Origin: Candidatus Micrarchaeaceae archaeon
GTDB lineage: Archaea > Micrarchaeota > Micrarchaeia > Micrarchaeales > Micrarchaeaceae
NCBI GenBank assembly: GCA_050013715.1
Contig: JBEKES010000001.1
Span: 14,378-78,377 of the forward strand
Direction of reading: 5' to 3'
DNA length: 64,000 nt
Shown: one piece after another, positions 54,554-64,000 of the stretch
Layout of the letters: each line of letters opens with the position of its first letter
Numbering within the stretch: the first letter of the stretch is position 1
Notes under the pieces: model-generated
What the model was told of the DNA's origin: nothing
What the model saw: only the letters and a program-made list of their open reading frames with translations
Databases searched by the model: none
Program-made: the position numbers and the translations under genes

Positions 54554-56473
54554 ATGGAAAATAACGAATATAGCGCAAAGGACATAATAGCCCTTTCCGG
54601 GACCGAGGGAGTCAGGAAAAGGCCCGCAATGTACATCGGATCTACTGGTGTGAAAGGGTTCATACATTTGCTCTATGAAGTGGTGGACAACGCAATAGAT
54701 GAAGCACAGGCAGGCTACGCCAAAAGCATAATAATAACACTAATGAGAGATCAGGATGTTGATGTTGCAGAAGTAACTGATAATGGTAGAGGAATACCAA
54801 CGGATATGATGGAAAAGGAAAAGAAGTCTGCGCTTGAAGTTATAATGACATCGTTGCACACCGGAGCGAAATTCGACAACAAGATCTATAAAGTATCTGG
54901 AGGGCTTCACGGTGTAGGACTTACTGTTGTTAATTCTTTGTCTGAATTTACCCAAGTCACAATAAAAAGAAACGGGAAAATATACCAGCAAACATTCGGC
55001 AAGGGAATGGTTGTAACTCCTTTGGAAACATTGGGATCAACCGAAGGAAGTGAAACTGGCACATCAATAAAATTCAAACCCGACACTACTATATTTTCTG
55101 CAAGAAGCTTTGATTCAATAGAACTTAATGAGCGTCTTAAGGAACTAGGATTTCTAAATCCTGGAATAAAATTGGTGCTTGTTGATAACAGAGATCCAAC
55201 AAATCCAAAAACAACAGATTATACGTCTCAAAGAGGTATACATGACTTTCTCGAATTTGTAAAAGGGAGCAAAGAAGCACTTACCAAGCCCATCATAGTA
55301 AGCAAGCAAACCGATTCCATAAAAATAGATTTAGGCATGCAATACGTGAACAGCTATGCAGAAGACCTTCTTTCTTTCGTAAATAAAATAAGAACTCCAG
55401 AAGGTGGAACCCACGTAATAGGTTTCAGGTCTGCACTCACAAGGGCTATAACCAATTACATGCAGAAAAACTCCAAGAAACTAGGAAAGCAAACTGCGGA
55501 TGTGCAGGGCGAAGACACTAGGGAAGGTCTTGTGGCAATAATATCCATTTCGATGCAGAACCCTGAATTCGAGGGGCAGACAAAGGAAAAACTGGGAAAC
55601 AGCACTGTGAAAAGCATTGTGGACAGCACTTTATACTCAACGCTATCTACCTATCTTGAAGAAAATCCAACCGATGCTGCAAACATAATAAGAAAGATAA
55701 TGAGCACAGCAGAGGCAAGGGAGGCATCAAGAAGGGCAAGAGAGCTTTCAAGGAAAAAAAGCCTTTTCGAAGGATCTGTTCTTCCCGGGAAGCTTGCAGA
55801 TTGCACCGAAAGCGATCCATCCAAATCAGAAATATTTATCGTAGAAGGAGTAAGTGCGGCAGGTTCAAGCAAACAGGGAAGAGACCGCCATTTTCAGGCA
55901 ATATTGCCATTGAAAGGAAAAGTCCTCAATGTGGAAAAAGCATCAGATGAAAAAATATTCAACAACTCGGAACTTCACCTTATGGTCACTGCGTTCGGCG
56001 TAGGAATCAGAGAATCATTCAATCCTGAGAATTTGAGATATCATAAGATAATACTTCTGACAGATGCAGACGTTGACGGAAGCCACATAAGAACGCTTCT
56101 TCTTACGTTCTTTTACAGATACATGCGACCTCTAATAGAAAAGGGAAATATCTACATAGCACAGCCCCCTCTTTACAGAATAACAAAAGGAAAGGAGTCA
56201 AAATATCTTTATTCTGATGCAGAGCTCAATGTGGCAATGCAGGGCTATGAAGGCAAAGCGGCCATACAACGTTACAAAGGTCTTGGAGAAATGAATCCCG
56301 AGCAATTATGGGATACAACGATGAACCCTGCAAATCGAATGCTCAAGCGAATAACAATAAAAGATGCTAGAATAGCTGACAGCATATTCTCTATACTCAT
56401 GGGCGTAGATGTGGAACAGAGAAGGCACTATCTTGAAGAGCACTCAAGTGAAGTAACATTCCTTGATATATGA
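54554..56473 (+). CDS. gyrB: DNA gyrase subunit B
   Basis: VRKRPAMYIG, EVVDNAIDE, DNGRGIP, SGGLHGVG, FEGQTK, PLKGK, TDADVDGSHI, RYKGLGEMN. Confidence 0.98.
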   Translation: MENNEYSAKDIIALSGTEGVRKRPAMYIGSTGVKGFIHLLYEVVDNAIDEAQAGYAKSIIITLMRDQDVDVAEVTDNGRGIPTDMMEKEKKSALEVIMTSLHTGAKFDNKIYKVSGGLHGVGLTVVNSLSEFTQVTIKRNGKIYQQTFGKGMVVTPLETLGSTEGSETGTSIKFKPDTTIFSARSFDSIELNERLKELGFLNPGIKLVLVDNRDPTNPKTTDYTSQRGIHDFLEFVKGSKEALTKPIIVSKQTDSIKIDLGMQYVNSYAEDLLSFVNKIRTPEGGTHVIGFRSALTRAITNYMQKNSKKLGKQTADVQGEDTREGLVAIISISMQNPEFEGQTKEKLGNSTVKSIVDSTLYSTLSTYLEENPTDAANIIRKIMSTAEAREASRRARELSRKKSLFEGSVLPGKLADCTESDPSKSEIFIVEGVSAAGSSKQGRDRHFQAILPLKGKVLNVEKASDEKIFNNSELHLMVTAFGVGIRESFNPENLRYHKIILLTDADVDGSHIRTLLLTFFYRYMRPLIEKGNIYIAQPPLYRITKGKESKYLYSDAELNVAMQGYEGKAAIQRYKGLGEMNPEQLWDTTMNPANRMLKRITIKDARIADSIFSILMGVDVEQRRHYLEEHSSEVTFLDI

Positions 56474-56482
56474 TTGATGTGA

Positions 56483-58924
56483 ATGGCCGAACCAATAGAT
56501 TCAAACATTGAAAAAGAGATGCAATCAAGCTACATCGATTACGCCATGAGCGTAATAGTTGGCAGAGCACTACCCGATGCGCGAGATGGTTTGAAGCCAG
56601 CACAAAGAAGAATATTATATGCAATGTACAGGATAAACAACACGCATGAGAATCCGACAAAGAAGAGCGCAAGAATTGTCGGAGAAATTATCGGAAAGTA
56701 TCATCCTCATGGAGATGTTGCTGCCTATGAAACGCTTGTAAGAATGGCGCAAGAGTTCTCAATGAATTATATGTTTGTCGAAGGTCAGGGAAACATGGGA
56801 TCAATTGACGGAGATCCACCAGCCGCGCAAAGATACACAGAAGTAAGACTAAGCAAGATAGCCGGTGAAATGCTTGAGGACTTGGACAAGCAATCAGTAA
56901 AGTTTGTCCCTAATTTCGACAATACTGAAGAGGAACCTCTTCTATTGCCTTCAAAGCTTCCAAATCTTTTATTGAATGGAGCATCTGGAATTGCAGTTGG
57001 TGTTGCAACAAACATAATGCCGCACAATCTTTCGGAGCTTTGCGATGCTGTAGCGGCATTTATTAAAAACAAGGAAATTACTTCTGAAGAACTGTTGCAG
57101 TATATTCAAGGTCCTGATCTTCCAACTGGAGGAATTGTATTTTATGATAATGCACTTGTTTCTTCATACATTACTGGACGAGGAAGCATTACCATAAGGG
57201 GAAAAGCAGCAGTAGAAAAAATAAAAAACAAAAATACGATAATAATTACCGAAATACCCTATACTGTCAACAAGGCAAACATGGTAGAAACGATAGCCAA
57301 TCTTGTAAAGGCAAAGAAGATAATCGGCATTTCGGATCTAAGGGACGAAAGCGGAAAGGAAGGAATACGCGTAGTTATAGAATTGAAGCAGGACGCTGAT
57401 CCAGACTTAATACTAAACTTGCTATACAAGCATTCACAACTTGAAATATCTCTTCCGGTAATGAACATAGCCGTAATAGGAAACAATCTTGTTACGCTAA
57501 ACCTTAAGCAATTCATAAAAATATTCATAGACCACAGAATCGACGTAATAAGAAAGCGAACGCAATTCGATTTCAACATCGCTTCAGATAGGTTGCACAT
57601 TGTTGAAGGACTTCTCATAGCTGTGGATGACATAGACAACGTAATAACTGCAATAAAGAAAAGTTCCGACATAAAAGAGGCAAGAAATACTCTTATGGGT
57701 AAGTATTCCATATCTGAAAAGCAGGCTAACGCCATACTTGATATGAAGTTAAGCAAATTGACGAACCTTGAAACAGGTTCACTTGAATCTGAAAAGAAGG
57801 AATTAGTGCAAAACATTACTGATTATAAGAAAATACTTGAAGACGAGAACAAGATCTACGAAATAATAGAAACCGAAACGAAATACCTAAAGGGAAAATA
57901 TGGAAGGGAAAGACGCACAGTGATAGACAAGAACGTTCCCGAAAAGGAATTCGACAGAGAAGATCTAATTTCCGACGATGATGCAATTGTAATACTCACA
58001 AGCAATAATTACGTCAAGAGAATACCAACAAAGAATTACAGGTCCCAGGACAGGGGAGGCAAGGGAGTAATAACGATGCAATTGAAAGAAGGGGACTTTG
58101 TAAAGGAAATAATATCCTGCAAATTGAAGGATTATCTGCTTCTCATATCAAACAAGGGAAGAGCCTACTGGCTCAAGGCCTACATGGTTCCGGAAGAAAG
58201 CAGATACAGCATGGGCAAAGCCGCAGTGAATCTAGTAAAGCTTACCGAAAATGAGAAAGTCGCAAACATAATCAATACAAAAATATTCGATGAAGCATAT
58301 CTGACATTCATAACAGCAAAGGGCAGAATAAAACGAGTGCGAGCAGACAAATTCTCAAGGCCGAGATCAAATGGAATACTGGCAATACCTATACCTCAAG
58401 GAGATGAGCTTGCAGATGTTTGCTTATCTGATGGAAAATCAGAATTATTCATAGCAACAAAGCTGGGCAAGGCTCTCAGGTTCAGCGAAAGCGACATAAG
58501 GCCAATGGGAAGAACGGCACAGGGAGTTAGAGGTATACGACTCAATCCAAGCGATTCTGTGGTAAATGTTATACCTGCGAAAACCGAAAACCTTATCGCA
58601 TCAATAACCGAGAAAGGTTTCGGGAAAGTAACTGAAATAACCAAATACCGATTGCAAAGAAGAGGAGGCAAGGGCGTCATAAACCTTAAGACAAAGGACA
58701 AGACAGGTCATGTTGTACGTGCGCTGAAAGTGGCAAATGAAGGAAATGTTCTACTAATAAATTCAAAAGGGATCTCAATAACGTTCCCTGTTGAAGGCAT
58801 CAGAGTAACGGGCAGGGCAGCAACAGGAGTAAGACTGATGAGGCTGGACAACGGCGCGGTAATAGTTGACGCACAATCAATATCCAAATATCAAAACCTA
58901 ACCGAAGCTGCTCCTATCATATAA
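56483..58924 (+). CDS. gyrA: DNA gyrase subunit A
   Basis: [25 protein letters not shown], GyrA-box-like QDRGGKG and QRRGGKG, pinwheel repeats. Confidence 0.98.
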   Translation: MAEPIDSNIEKEMQSSYIDYAMSVIVGRALPDARDGLKPAQRRILYAMYRINNTHENPTKKSARIVGEIIGKYHPHGDVAAYETLVRMAQEFSMNYMFVEGQGNMGSIDGDPPAAQRYTEVRLSKIAGEMLEDLDKQSVKFVPNFDNTEEEPLLLPSKLPNLLLNGASGIAVGVATNIMPHNLSELCDAVAAFIKNKEITSEELLQYIQGPDLPTGGIVFYDNALVSSYITGRGSITIRGKAAVEKIKNKNTIIITEIPYTVNKANMVETIANLVKAKKIIGISDLRDESGKEGIRVVIELKQDADPDLILNLLYKHSQLEISLPVMNIAVIGNNLVTLNLKQFIKIFIDHRIDVIRKRTQFDFNIASDRLHIVEGLLIAVDDIDNVITAIKKSSDIKEARNTLMGKYSISEKQANAILDMKLSKLTNLETGSLESEKKELVQNITDYKKILEDENKIYEIIETETKYLKGKYGRERRTVIDKNVPEKEFDREDLISDDDAIVILTSNNYVKRIPTKNYRSQDRGGKGVITMQLKEGDFVKEIISCKLKDYLLLISNKGRAYWLKAYMVPEESRYSMGKAAVNLVKLTENEKVANIINTKIFDEAYLTFITAKGRIKRVRADKFSRPRSNGILAIPIPQGDELADVCLSDGKSELFIATKLGKALRFSESDIRPMGRTAQGVRGIRLNPSDSVVNVIPAKTENLIASITEKGFGKVTEITKYRLQRRGGKGVINLKTKDKTGHVVRALKVANEGNVLLINSKGISITFPVEGIRVTGRAATGVRLMRLDNGAVIVDAQSISKYQNLTEAAPII

Positions 58925-58966
58925 ACATTTATATATTTGAAAGAGTAATAAACTAATGTGATAAAA

Positions 58967-59443
58967 ATGACAGAAACACAAGGAAATTCTAAAATCAAAA
59001 GAAAAGGTATAGTCTTCCAATCAAAATGGCCTTTTATTATGCAAAGGAATAATGTACAGGAAAAGAAAGATTTGGCAGATGTCATATCTATACCCTCGTA
59101 TAAAGATATAACTCACAATCTAGAGATAAATTACAAGGAATACGACATAGAACATCCTTCCATAAAGGAACTTTTTAGAGAATTTGCAAAAAAAATAAGC
59201 GAAGTAAACGGGAGACAGATTACAAAAGATAAATTTAGAGAGGAATGGCATTTATTATTGGATTATTATGCTCTCAACGAAATAGATCTAAAATGCAATG
59301 GTGAATCAATTCAATCAAAATTTGCTCGTTTAGCACTTGCAATAATCCCTTCCAAGATCATTGCACGCGAAATCATACACATGGAGCATGAAGAACTTCA
59401 GAGAGTACTTGAACTTCAGGCAAAACTTAGGGATTCATCCTAA
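58967..59443 (+). CDS. Hypothetical protein
   Basis: TATA plus GTGATAAAAATG start. Confidence 0.65.
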   Translation: MTETQGNSKIKRKGIVFQSKWPFIMQRNNVQEKKDLADVISIPSYKDITHNLEINYKEYDIEHPSIKELFREFAKKISEVNGRQITKDKFREEWHLLLDYYALNEIDLKCNGESIQSKFARLALAIIPSKIIAREIIHMEHEELQRVLELQAKLRDSS

Positions 59444-59496
59444 ACCAGTAATCATTATTAATTTATCTATCGAGATAATATTGGGTAAACGGTGGG

Positions 59497-59979
59497 ATTA
59501 CGATTAATGTTCTAGCGATAGGTCGAAGCTCCAAGCAGGAAAGCCTTGATTTATGCCTTACGGCAAGGGCGCTCGGAGCATCGGAAATAACCTTCATAGG
59601 CAAGAAGGATAATTCTATCCTTAAGTATGTCAACACCCTCAACAAGGACTGGGGAGGGCATTTCAAGGTAACCTTCGCGAAAAACTCAAGGGAGGTTTTG
59701 CAGGCATCAAAGAAATACGTAAAAATATGCCTCACAAGGTTCGGCGCGCCCCTTCAGAACAAAATGTACTCATTAAGGACCTACAAAAACATTGTGCTCA
59801 TTGTGCCATTGAAGGAAAAGAAGCAGCAAATGCAGTCAGTTTCAGATTTCGACATAAGCATAACATCGCAGCCTCACTGCGGCGCAGCGGCAATAGCAAT
59901 ATTTCTCCATGAATTCTACAGCGGAAGAGAGCTTGCGATGCACTTCGAGAATCCAAAATACAAGATCGCTCAGAAGTAA
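59497..59979 (+). CDS. tRNA C56 2'-O-methyltransferase (aTrm56)-like SPOUT protein, divergent, non-canonical start
   Basis: In-frame extension of ORF 59698: INVLAIG...LCLTARALGA...DWGG.F...CLTRFG...SQPH...AIAIFL. Confidence 0.8.
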   Translation: MTINVLAIGRSSKQESLDLCLTARALGASEITFIGKKDNSILKYVNTLNKDWGGHFKVTFAKNSREVLQASKKYVKICLTRFGAPLQNKMYSLRTYKNIVLIVPLKEKKQQMQSVSDFDISITSQPHCGAAAIAIFLHEFYSGRELAMHFENPKYKIAQK

Positions 59980-62739
59980 TTACACAGACCAGTATTTCTT
60001 TGTCCTCACGAAGTTTTTCTGCGCTTCTATCAAGTCTATGAAGAATGCACGTTCATCGTGCCTCAGCATCATCAATGCTCTAGCTGCGCTCTTTGGACCT
60101 ATGCCGTATACGGACAATGCAATGGCAGCCTTCGCTCCGTAGGAATCAAGCAGACTTGCATATTGTAGCATTTCTTTCACAAGCAGCTTGTCCCTATGAT
60201 CTAATTTCTTGTCTTCAAGTCTTTTTCTGATTACCTTGTTGTAGTCATCGGTATAGAATGTTATCATGGAACTGCTGCAGGAAGGGCACATGATCTTGTC
60301 CATTCCGTTCACTTCGCTAAGTTTTCTTGAGAAAACGAAACCGCAATAGGTGCAAAGGAACTTCGCGACTTTGGACATTATGAATCTTGAAAATGATTCC
60401 ACAAGCTCGTTGTTAGGAGTAAGCGGAGTTATCAGCTCTTTCGTGTAATAGGCAGAAGAAAGTATTGTCTTTGTGAGCATTGAAGGCGACGGTGCATCAA
60501 TCACCTTTATTTTTACTGTTCCTTTATGGATTTTATCGAAGAATGATGCCAAAGTGGATATGTCAAAATAGCTTTCAATCAATTCCCTTAAGGTTTCTTC
60601 ATAGATTGGCGAATCCCTCATTACCTTTATTATCCTTTTTGCAAATGACCTTGACACCGCAGCATCTTTGTCTATAACTCCGAAAAGCTTTGCGATCGTT
60701 ATGAATTTGTACCTGAATAATTCGGTTTCTCCTACCATCCCCTTGAGTGTGTTCTGCAGCGAGCTGGAATTTATACCCATCAATATCCTTGATAGGTCCA
60801 TGTCCTTTTTTACCCCAATCAAAATCAGGTATGGTGAAGCGCGAACATTCACGCTTCTGCCAAGCCTCAGGCTTATTATGTTCGCAAGCAATCTGGACAA
60901 TGCCTCGTTTGCCTGGGTTCCCAATCCTGTATAGATTATCGAATGATCCTCAAGACGTTCTATAATTAGCGACTGTGCTGATGGCATGAACGACACCTCC
61001 TGCTTTTCCTTCAATTCTTTTATCGCCCTAAAAGAATCGTCTGTCAAATTTTTGTAATGCTCTTTTCCGGAAAACTTGTCAAGCAGAAGAAATGCGCTTT
61101 GCACTGTTTTATGGCTTACTGGTATGTCCTCTCCTGTCCAATCAGGAACCGCAGCCTCCAGATCTGTGCTGGGCTCGACGCTTATGACATCCTTGTCTAT
61201 GCTTATCACCTTCCAGGGCAATCCCTTGGTAATGAATACCGAATTCTCATCCACATTGTTGGCAACGAACTTCTCATCAAGAGTTGAAATTATCCTGTTT
61301 TCCGATATGTTCTTCACAAGAAATCTCTTTGAGTCAGGGATAACGCTCAAGTGAGCATAATAATACATCCTTGTCCTGCTTCCTCCTGTTATTATATTGC
61401 CGTCAAAGCCTAGCAATCTCAATTTGAGCATGAAGTTGAGAAGATTTGTTAACTCCTCGATTTTAAGATCCTTGTACAAATAAGAACGGCTTATTATCTC
61501 GTGCATCTTTTTCAATTCCAGCTTACTCTTGTCAAGAACTATTCCGCATATCTGATTGGTAAGAACATCAAGGGCTCCAAACTGCGGCCTGAATATCTCA
61601 AAGGAACCATTCCTAACCAGCTCGGTGATTGCCAACGCCTCTAAAGTTTCTACAGAATTAGTGGTTATTATAACACCCCTGGAAACTCCCCTGTGAGTAT
61701 GGCCGCTTCTTCCCACTCTCTGCGCAAGCCTAAGTGATTGTCTTGGCGATCCATATTGTATGACAAGGTCAACGCTCCCTATGTCTATTCCCAATTCGAG
61801 GGAGCTCGTGGCTATGATGCTTTTTATTGTTCCGTTCTTGAAATTATTCTCTATGTTTATGCGCTCCTGCTTGTCAAGAGAGCTATGATGCACTCCAATG
61901 CCACCGAAGCTGCTTCTGCTGTTCATGTACACTAATCTGCTGCCCAGGCTTTCCACTACCTGTCTTGTGTTTGCAAATATTATCGATGAATTGGAATTCG
62001 ATACAAGCTCCGATATTTTTTCCAATCTTGCAATGGCAGCTCCATCCAATCCGAACTTGTCTTCAAGTTCCTCCATCTTTTGCCTGGGCTTCTTTGGGCT
62101 TTGGACGGAAAGCTCCATCTCCTTGATGTTTTCCACTTTCACTATTCTGCATTTCCTGTCATTGCACAGGAAGTTTTTTACAAGCTCCGGGTCTCCTATG
62201 GTCGCGCTTATCCCTATTCTTTGGAAATTGGGCGCAAGCTCTTCCAATCGCTCAAGTGCAATGGAAAGCTGGGCTCCCCTTTTGTTGTAGTAAAGCTCAT
62301 GCAATTCATCGATTACAACTGCTTTTAGATTCTTCAGGTAAGTTCCTATGTATTTTGTGGGCAATATGCTCTGCAATGTCTCAGGGGTAGTTATGAGAAA
62401 CATGGGCGCAACTCTTGTCTGCCTGCTCTTCTCCTTTTGTGTTGTGTCGCCGTGCCTTACTCCTATTGTCACATTCGTGTGCTTGCACAATTCCTCAAGC
62501 CTTTTCATCATGTCCCTGTTGAGTGCTCTTAGTGGAGTTATGTAAAGTATCTTTATTGCCGAATTATCGTTCTTGCCTAATGATTCAAGCAATGGAAGCA
62601 CGACAGCCTCTGTCTTGCCAGATCCTGTCGGAGCAACCACAAGGCAATTTTCCCCATTCTCTATTATGGGTATAGACAATTTCTGAATGTCGGTAAAGGA
62701 GCCATGCCTCTCTAGGAATAACTTGTAAAGATCAGACAT
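59980..62739 (-). CDS. lhr: Lhr-family SF2 helicase
   Basis: APTGSGKT, TPLRALN, TTPE, DELH, HHSSL, TSSLELGID, QRVGRSGH; C-terminal CxxC pairs. Confidence 0.95.
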   Translation of the reverse strand: MSDLYKLFLERHGSFTDIQKLSIPIIENGENCLVVAPTGSGKTEAVVLPLLESLGKNDNSAIKILYITPLRALNRDMMKRLEELCKHTNVTIGVRHGDTTQKEKSRQTRVAPMFLITTPETLQSILPTKYIGTYLKNLKAVVIDELHELYYNKRGAQLSIALERLEELAPNFQRIGISATIGDPELVKNFLCNDRKCRIVKVENIKEMELSVQSPKKPRQKMEELEDKFGLDGAAIARLEKISELVSNSNSSIIFANTRQVVESLGSRLVYMNSRSSFGGIGVHHSSLDKQERINIENNFKNGTIKSIIATSSLELGIDIGSVDLVIQYGSPRQSLRLAQRVGRSGHTHRGVSRGVIITTNSVETLEALAITELVRNGSFEIFRPQFGALDVLTNQICGIVLDKSKLELKKMHEIISRSYLYKDLKIEELTNLLNFMLKLRLLGFDGNIITGGSRTRMYYYAHLSVIPDSKRFLVKNISENRIISTLDEKFVANNVDENSVFITKGLPWKVISIDKDVISVEPSTDLEAAVPDWTGEDIPVSHKTVQSAFLLLDKFSGKEHYKNLTDDSFRAIKELKEKQEVSFMPSAQSLIIERLEDHSIIYTGLGTQANEALSRLLANIISLRLGRSVNVRASPYLILIGVKKDMDLSRILMGINSSSLQNTLKGMVGETELFRYKFITIAKLFGVIDKDAAVSRSFAKRIIKVMRDSPIYEETLRELIESYFDISTLASFFDKIHKGTVKIKVIDAPSPSMLTKTILSSAYYTKELITPLTPNNELVESFSRFIMSKVAKFLCTYCGFVFSRKLSEVNGMDKIMCPSCSSSMITFYTDDYNKVIRKRLEDKKLDHRDKLLVKEMLQYASLLDSYGAKAAIALSVYGIGPKSAARALMMLRHDERAFFIDLIEAQKNFVRTKKYWSV

Positions 62740-62748
62740 AAAATACAC

Positions 62749-64000
62749 TTATTTGGTTTGCTTCTTTTTCTTGTAGTATGCGGTTACCCTTGCAACTATT
62801 ACTATGAAAACGATTCCTCCTATTATGAAGGCGAACAACGATGCGGTTAGGAACGTAAGGTAAATGTCATATCCGTTTACCACATCTGCGCTTTCCTTTA
62901 TGCCAAGGTATTCTGCATAGCCGCTGACATAGCCATAGGGCACATCATCGAAAACTTCTGTCCCGTTGCTTCCCGAATATAAAATTCTGTTCGTGTTGTT
63001 TTTGAATGTTACGTTCAAAATCGCATTTACCGGAGTTCCGAAAACGCTTTTTGTGTAAACTTCAACGTCATAGACTGGATTCCTGAAAGCTATGGTCGCC
63101 GGGCCGCTGGCGCTGAACTGGTAATCTGTCGCAATGGGAACTCCCTTGTAGTATAAATATTCGATATTGTATCTTTTGCCTTCGAAAGCGAAGAAATTAT
63201 TTGTTGCGACTTTGCTTCCGCTTATGTTATAGTAAGTGACGTTTGTCATGTTGCTACCATAGGTATCCTGGGGAGCAAGCTCGATCAGGTACTCTTTTCT
63301 GAACTGCGCAGATAATGTTATTGGCGAGGAGACCTTGACCTTTCTGCTAATGTTGGAATTGCCGTCGCTCCAATTATAGAATGAGATTTTCGAGGTTTGG
63401 TTTATCGGAACTTCTACTGAGTTCAACGAAACCTGCGCAGTGCTGTCCGCGTTGTACCATCCGCTTCCTGTTGCGCTACCATAGAGCGTCAAAACCGTAA
63501 GATAATATTGATTGTTCCAAATTGCATGCAATGCCTTTGGCGAGTCAAGATACACTTCTATTTTGCTGGATGAGTTGGTGCTGGAATTCCACTTAACGAA
63601 CAAATTCCTTGCATTCAACTGCGTTGAAACCACATTCGAGCTTAGAAAGACCGGTATTGTGCTGTTCACATTATACCATCCATTTCCTGATACCTGTGCG
63701 TACTGGCTTGTTGCATTAAGGTAATACTGCCTTGTCCACAGTGCCACTTCAGTTATATTGGAATTCAAAGTGATGTATGAGCTTGGACTGTTTCCAGTAT
63801 AGGAACCGGTTCCTGTGCCTGTCCATCCGTCAAAAGATTCCCTTACTCCCTTGCTTACGTTGACATACTGCGGTACGCCTATGGGCACTATGGAATATGC
63901 AGTGTAGTTGCCGCTTCCTGTTGCATTGCCATAAATCGAGTAAGTTTTAACGGCATATCCTATCTGCCACATGTCTCCTGATTTCGTGACTACGCCGGAG
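62749..64000 (-). CDS. C-terminally anchored surface glycoprotein with GxGWY repeats (5' end off window; thermopsin-type C-terminus possible)
   Basis: Repeats QYYL....YG..SG.GWYN; many NxS/T; C-terminal TM plus KKKK; frame open to window edge. Confidence 0.75.
   Translation of the reverse strand, partial: SGVVTKSGDMWQIGYAVKTYSIYGNATGSGNYTAYSIVPIGVPQYVNVSKGVRESFDGWTGTGTGSYTGNSPSSYITLNSNITEVALWTRQYYLNATSQYAQVSGNGWYNVNSTIPVFLSSNVVSTQLNARNLFVKWNSSTNSSSKIEVYLDSPKALHAIWNNQYYLTVLTLYGSATGSGWYNADSTAQVSLNSVEVPINQTSKISFYNWSDGNSNISRKVKVSSPITLSAQFRKEYLIELAPQDTYGSNMTNVTYYNISGSKVATNNFFAFEGKRYNIEYLYYKGVPIATDYQFSASGPATIAFRNPVYDVEVYTKSVFGTPVNAILNVTFKNNTNRILYSGSNGTEVFDDVPYGYVSGYAEYLGIKESADVVNGYDIYLTFLTASLFAFIIGGIVFIVIVARVTAYYKKKKQTK

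Noticed and set aside
57259..57816. Long antisense ORFs (this one in gyrA, also 1657-2076, 41326-41835, 39793-40314)
   Set aside because: Shadow frames of well-supported genes with no motifs
59463..59735. 90-aa minus-strand ORF
   Set aside because: Antisense to the extended Trm56-like frame, which carries conserved motifs
2..62739. Inteins in PolB, NrdA, RadA, GyrA/B or Lhr
   Set aside because: Lengths are ordinary and catalytic motifs are contiguous; the only LAGLIDADG protein lacks splicing termini
1..64000. CRISPR array, transposase, integrase or reverse transcriptase/DGR
   Set aside because: No regularly spaced repeats and no matching protein motifs seen

Overview
Gene-dense archaeal chromosome segment, most consistent with a DPANN Micrarchaeota (ARMAN-2/Micrarchaeum-like) genome. 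Support: a 389-aa three-unit (epsilon2-type) tRNA splicing endonuclease, tRNA-Ile(UAU), a T-loop tRNA intron, and gyrase alongside archaeal information genes. Housekeeping blocks: PolB, Map, RNR, PCNA, Rpp21, AglB, the L3-L4-L23-L2-S19-L22-S3 operon, TFE, L15e, GINS-L44e-aIF2a-PAC2, RadA-Dph5-EndA, GyrBA and Lhr. These are interleaved with AT-rich ORFan genes sharing a TATA...GTGAT-NNN-ATG start architecture. Four tRNAs are present (Ile-TAT, iMet, Gly-CCC, Lys-CTT), three with introns. Highlights: a free-standing LAGLIDADG endonuclease whose stop codon lies inside tRNA-Gly; a class Ic-type (Mn/Fe) RNR beta subunit; two conserved genes that need near-cognate start codons (purB ATA; trm56-like ACG/ATT); a tandem triplet of unknown paralogs; an att-like duplication of the tRNA-Ile 3' end; several degenerate enzymes. 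No CRISPR array, transposase, integrase, reverse transcriptase or intein was seen. All calls come from reading motifs by eye, without database searches.
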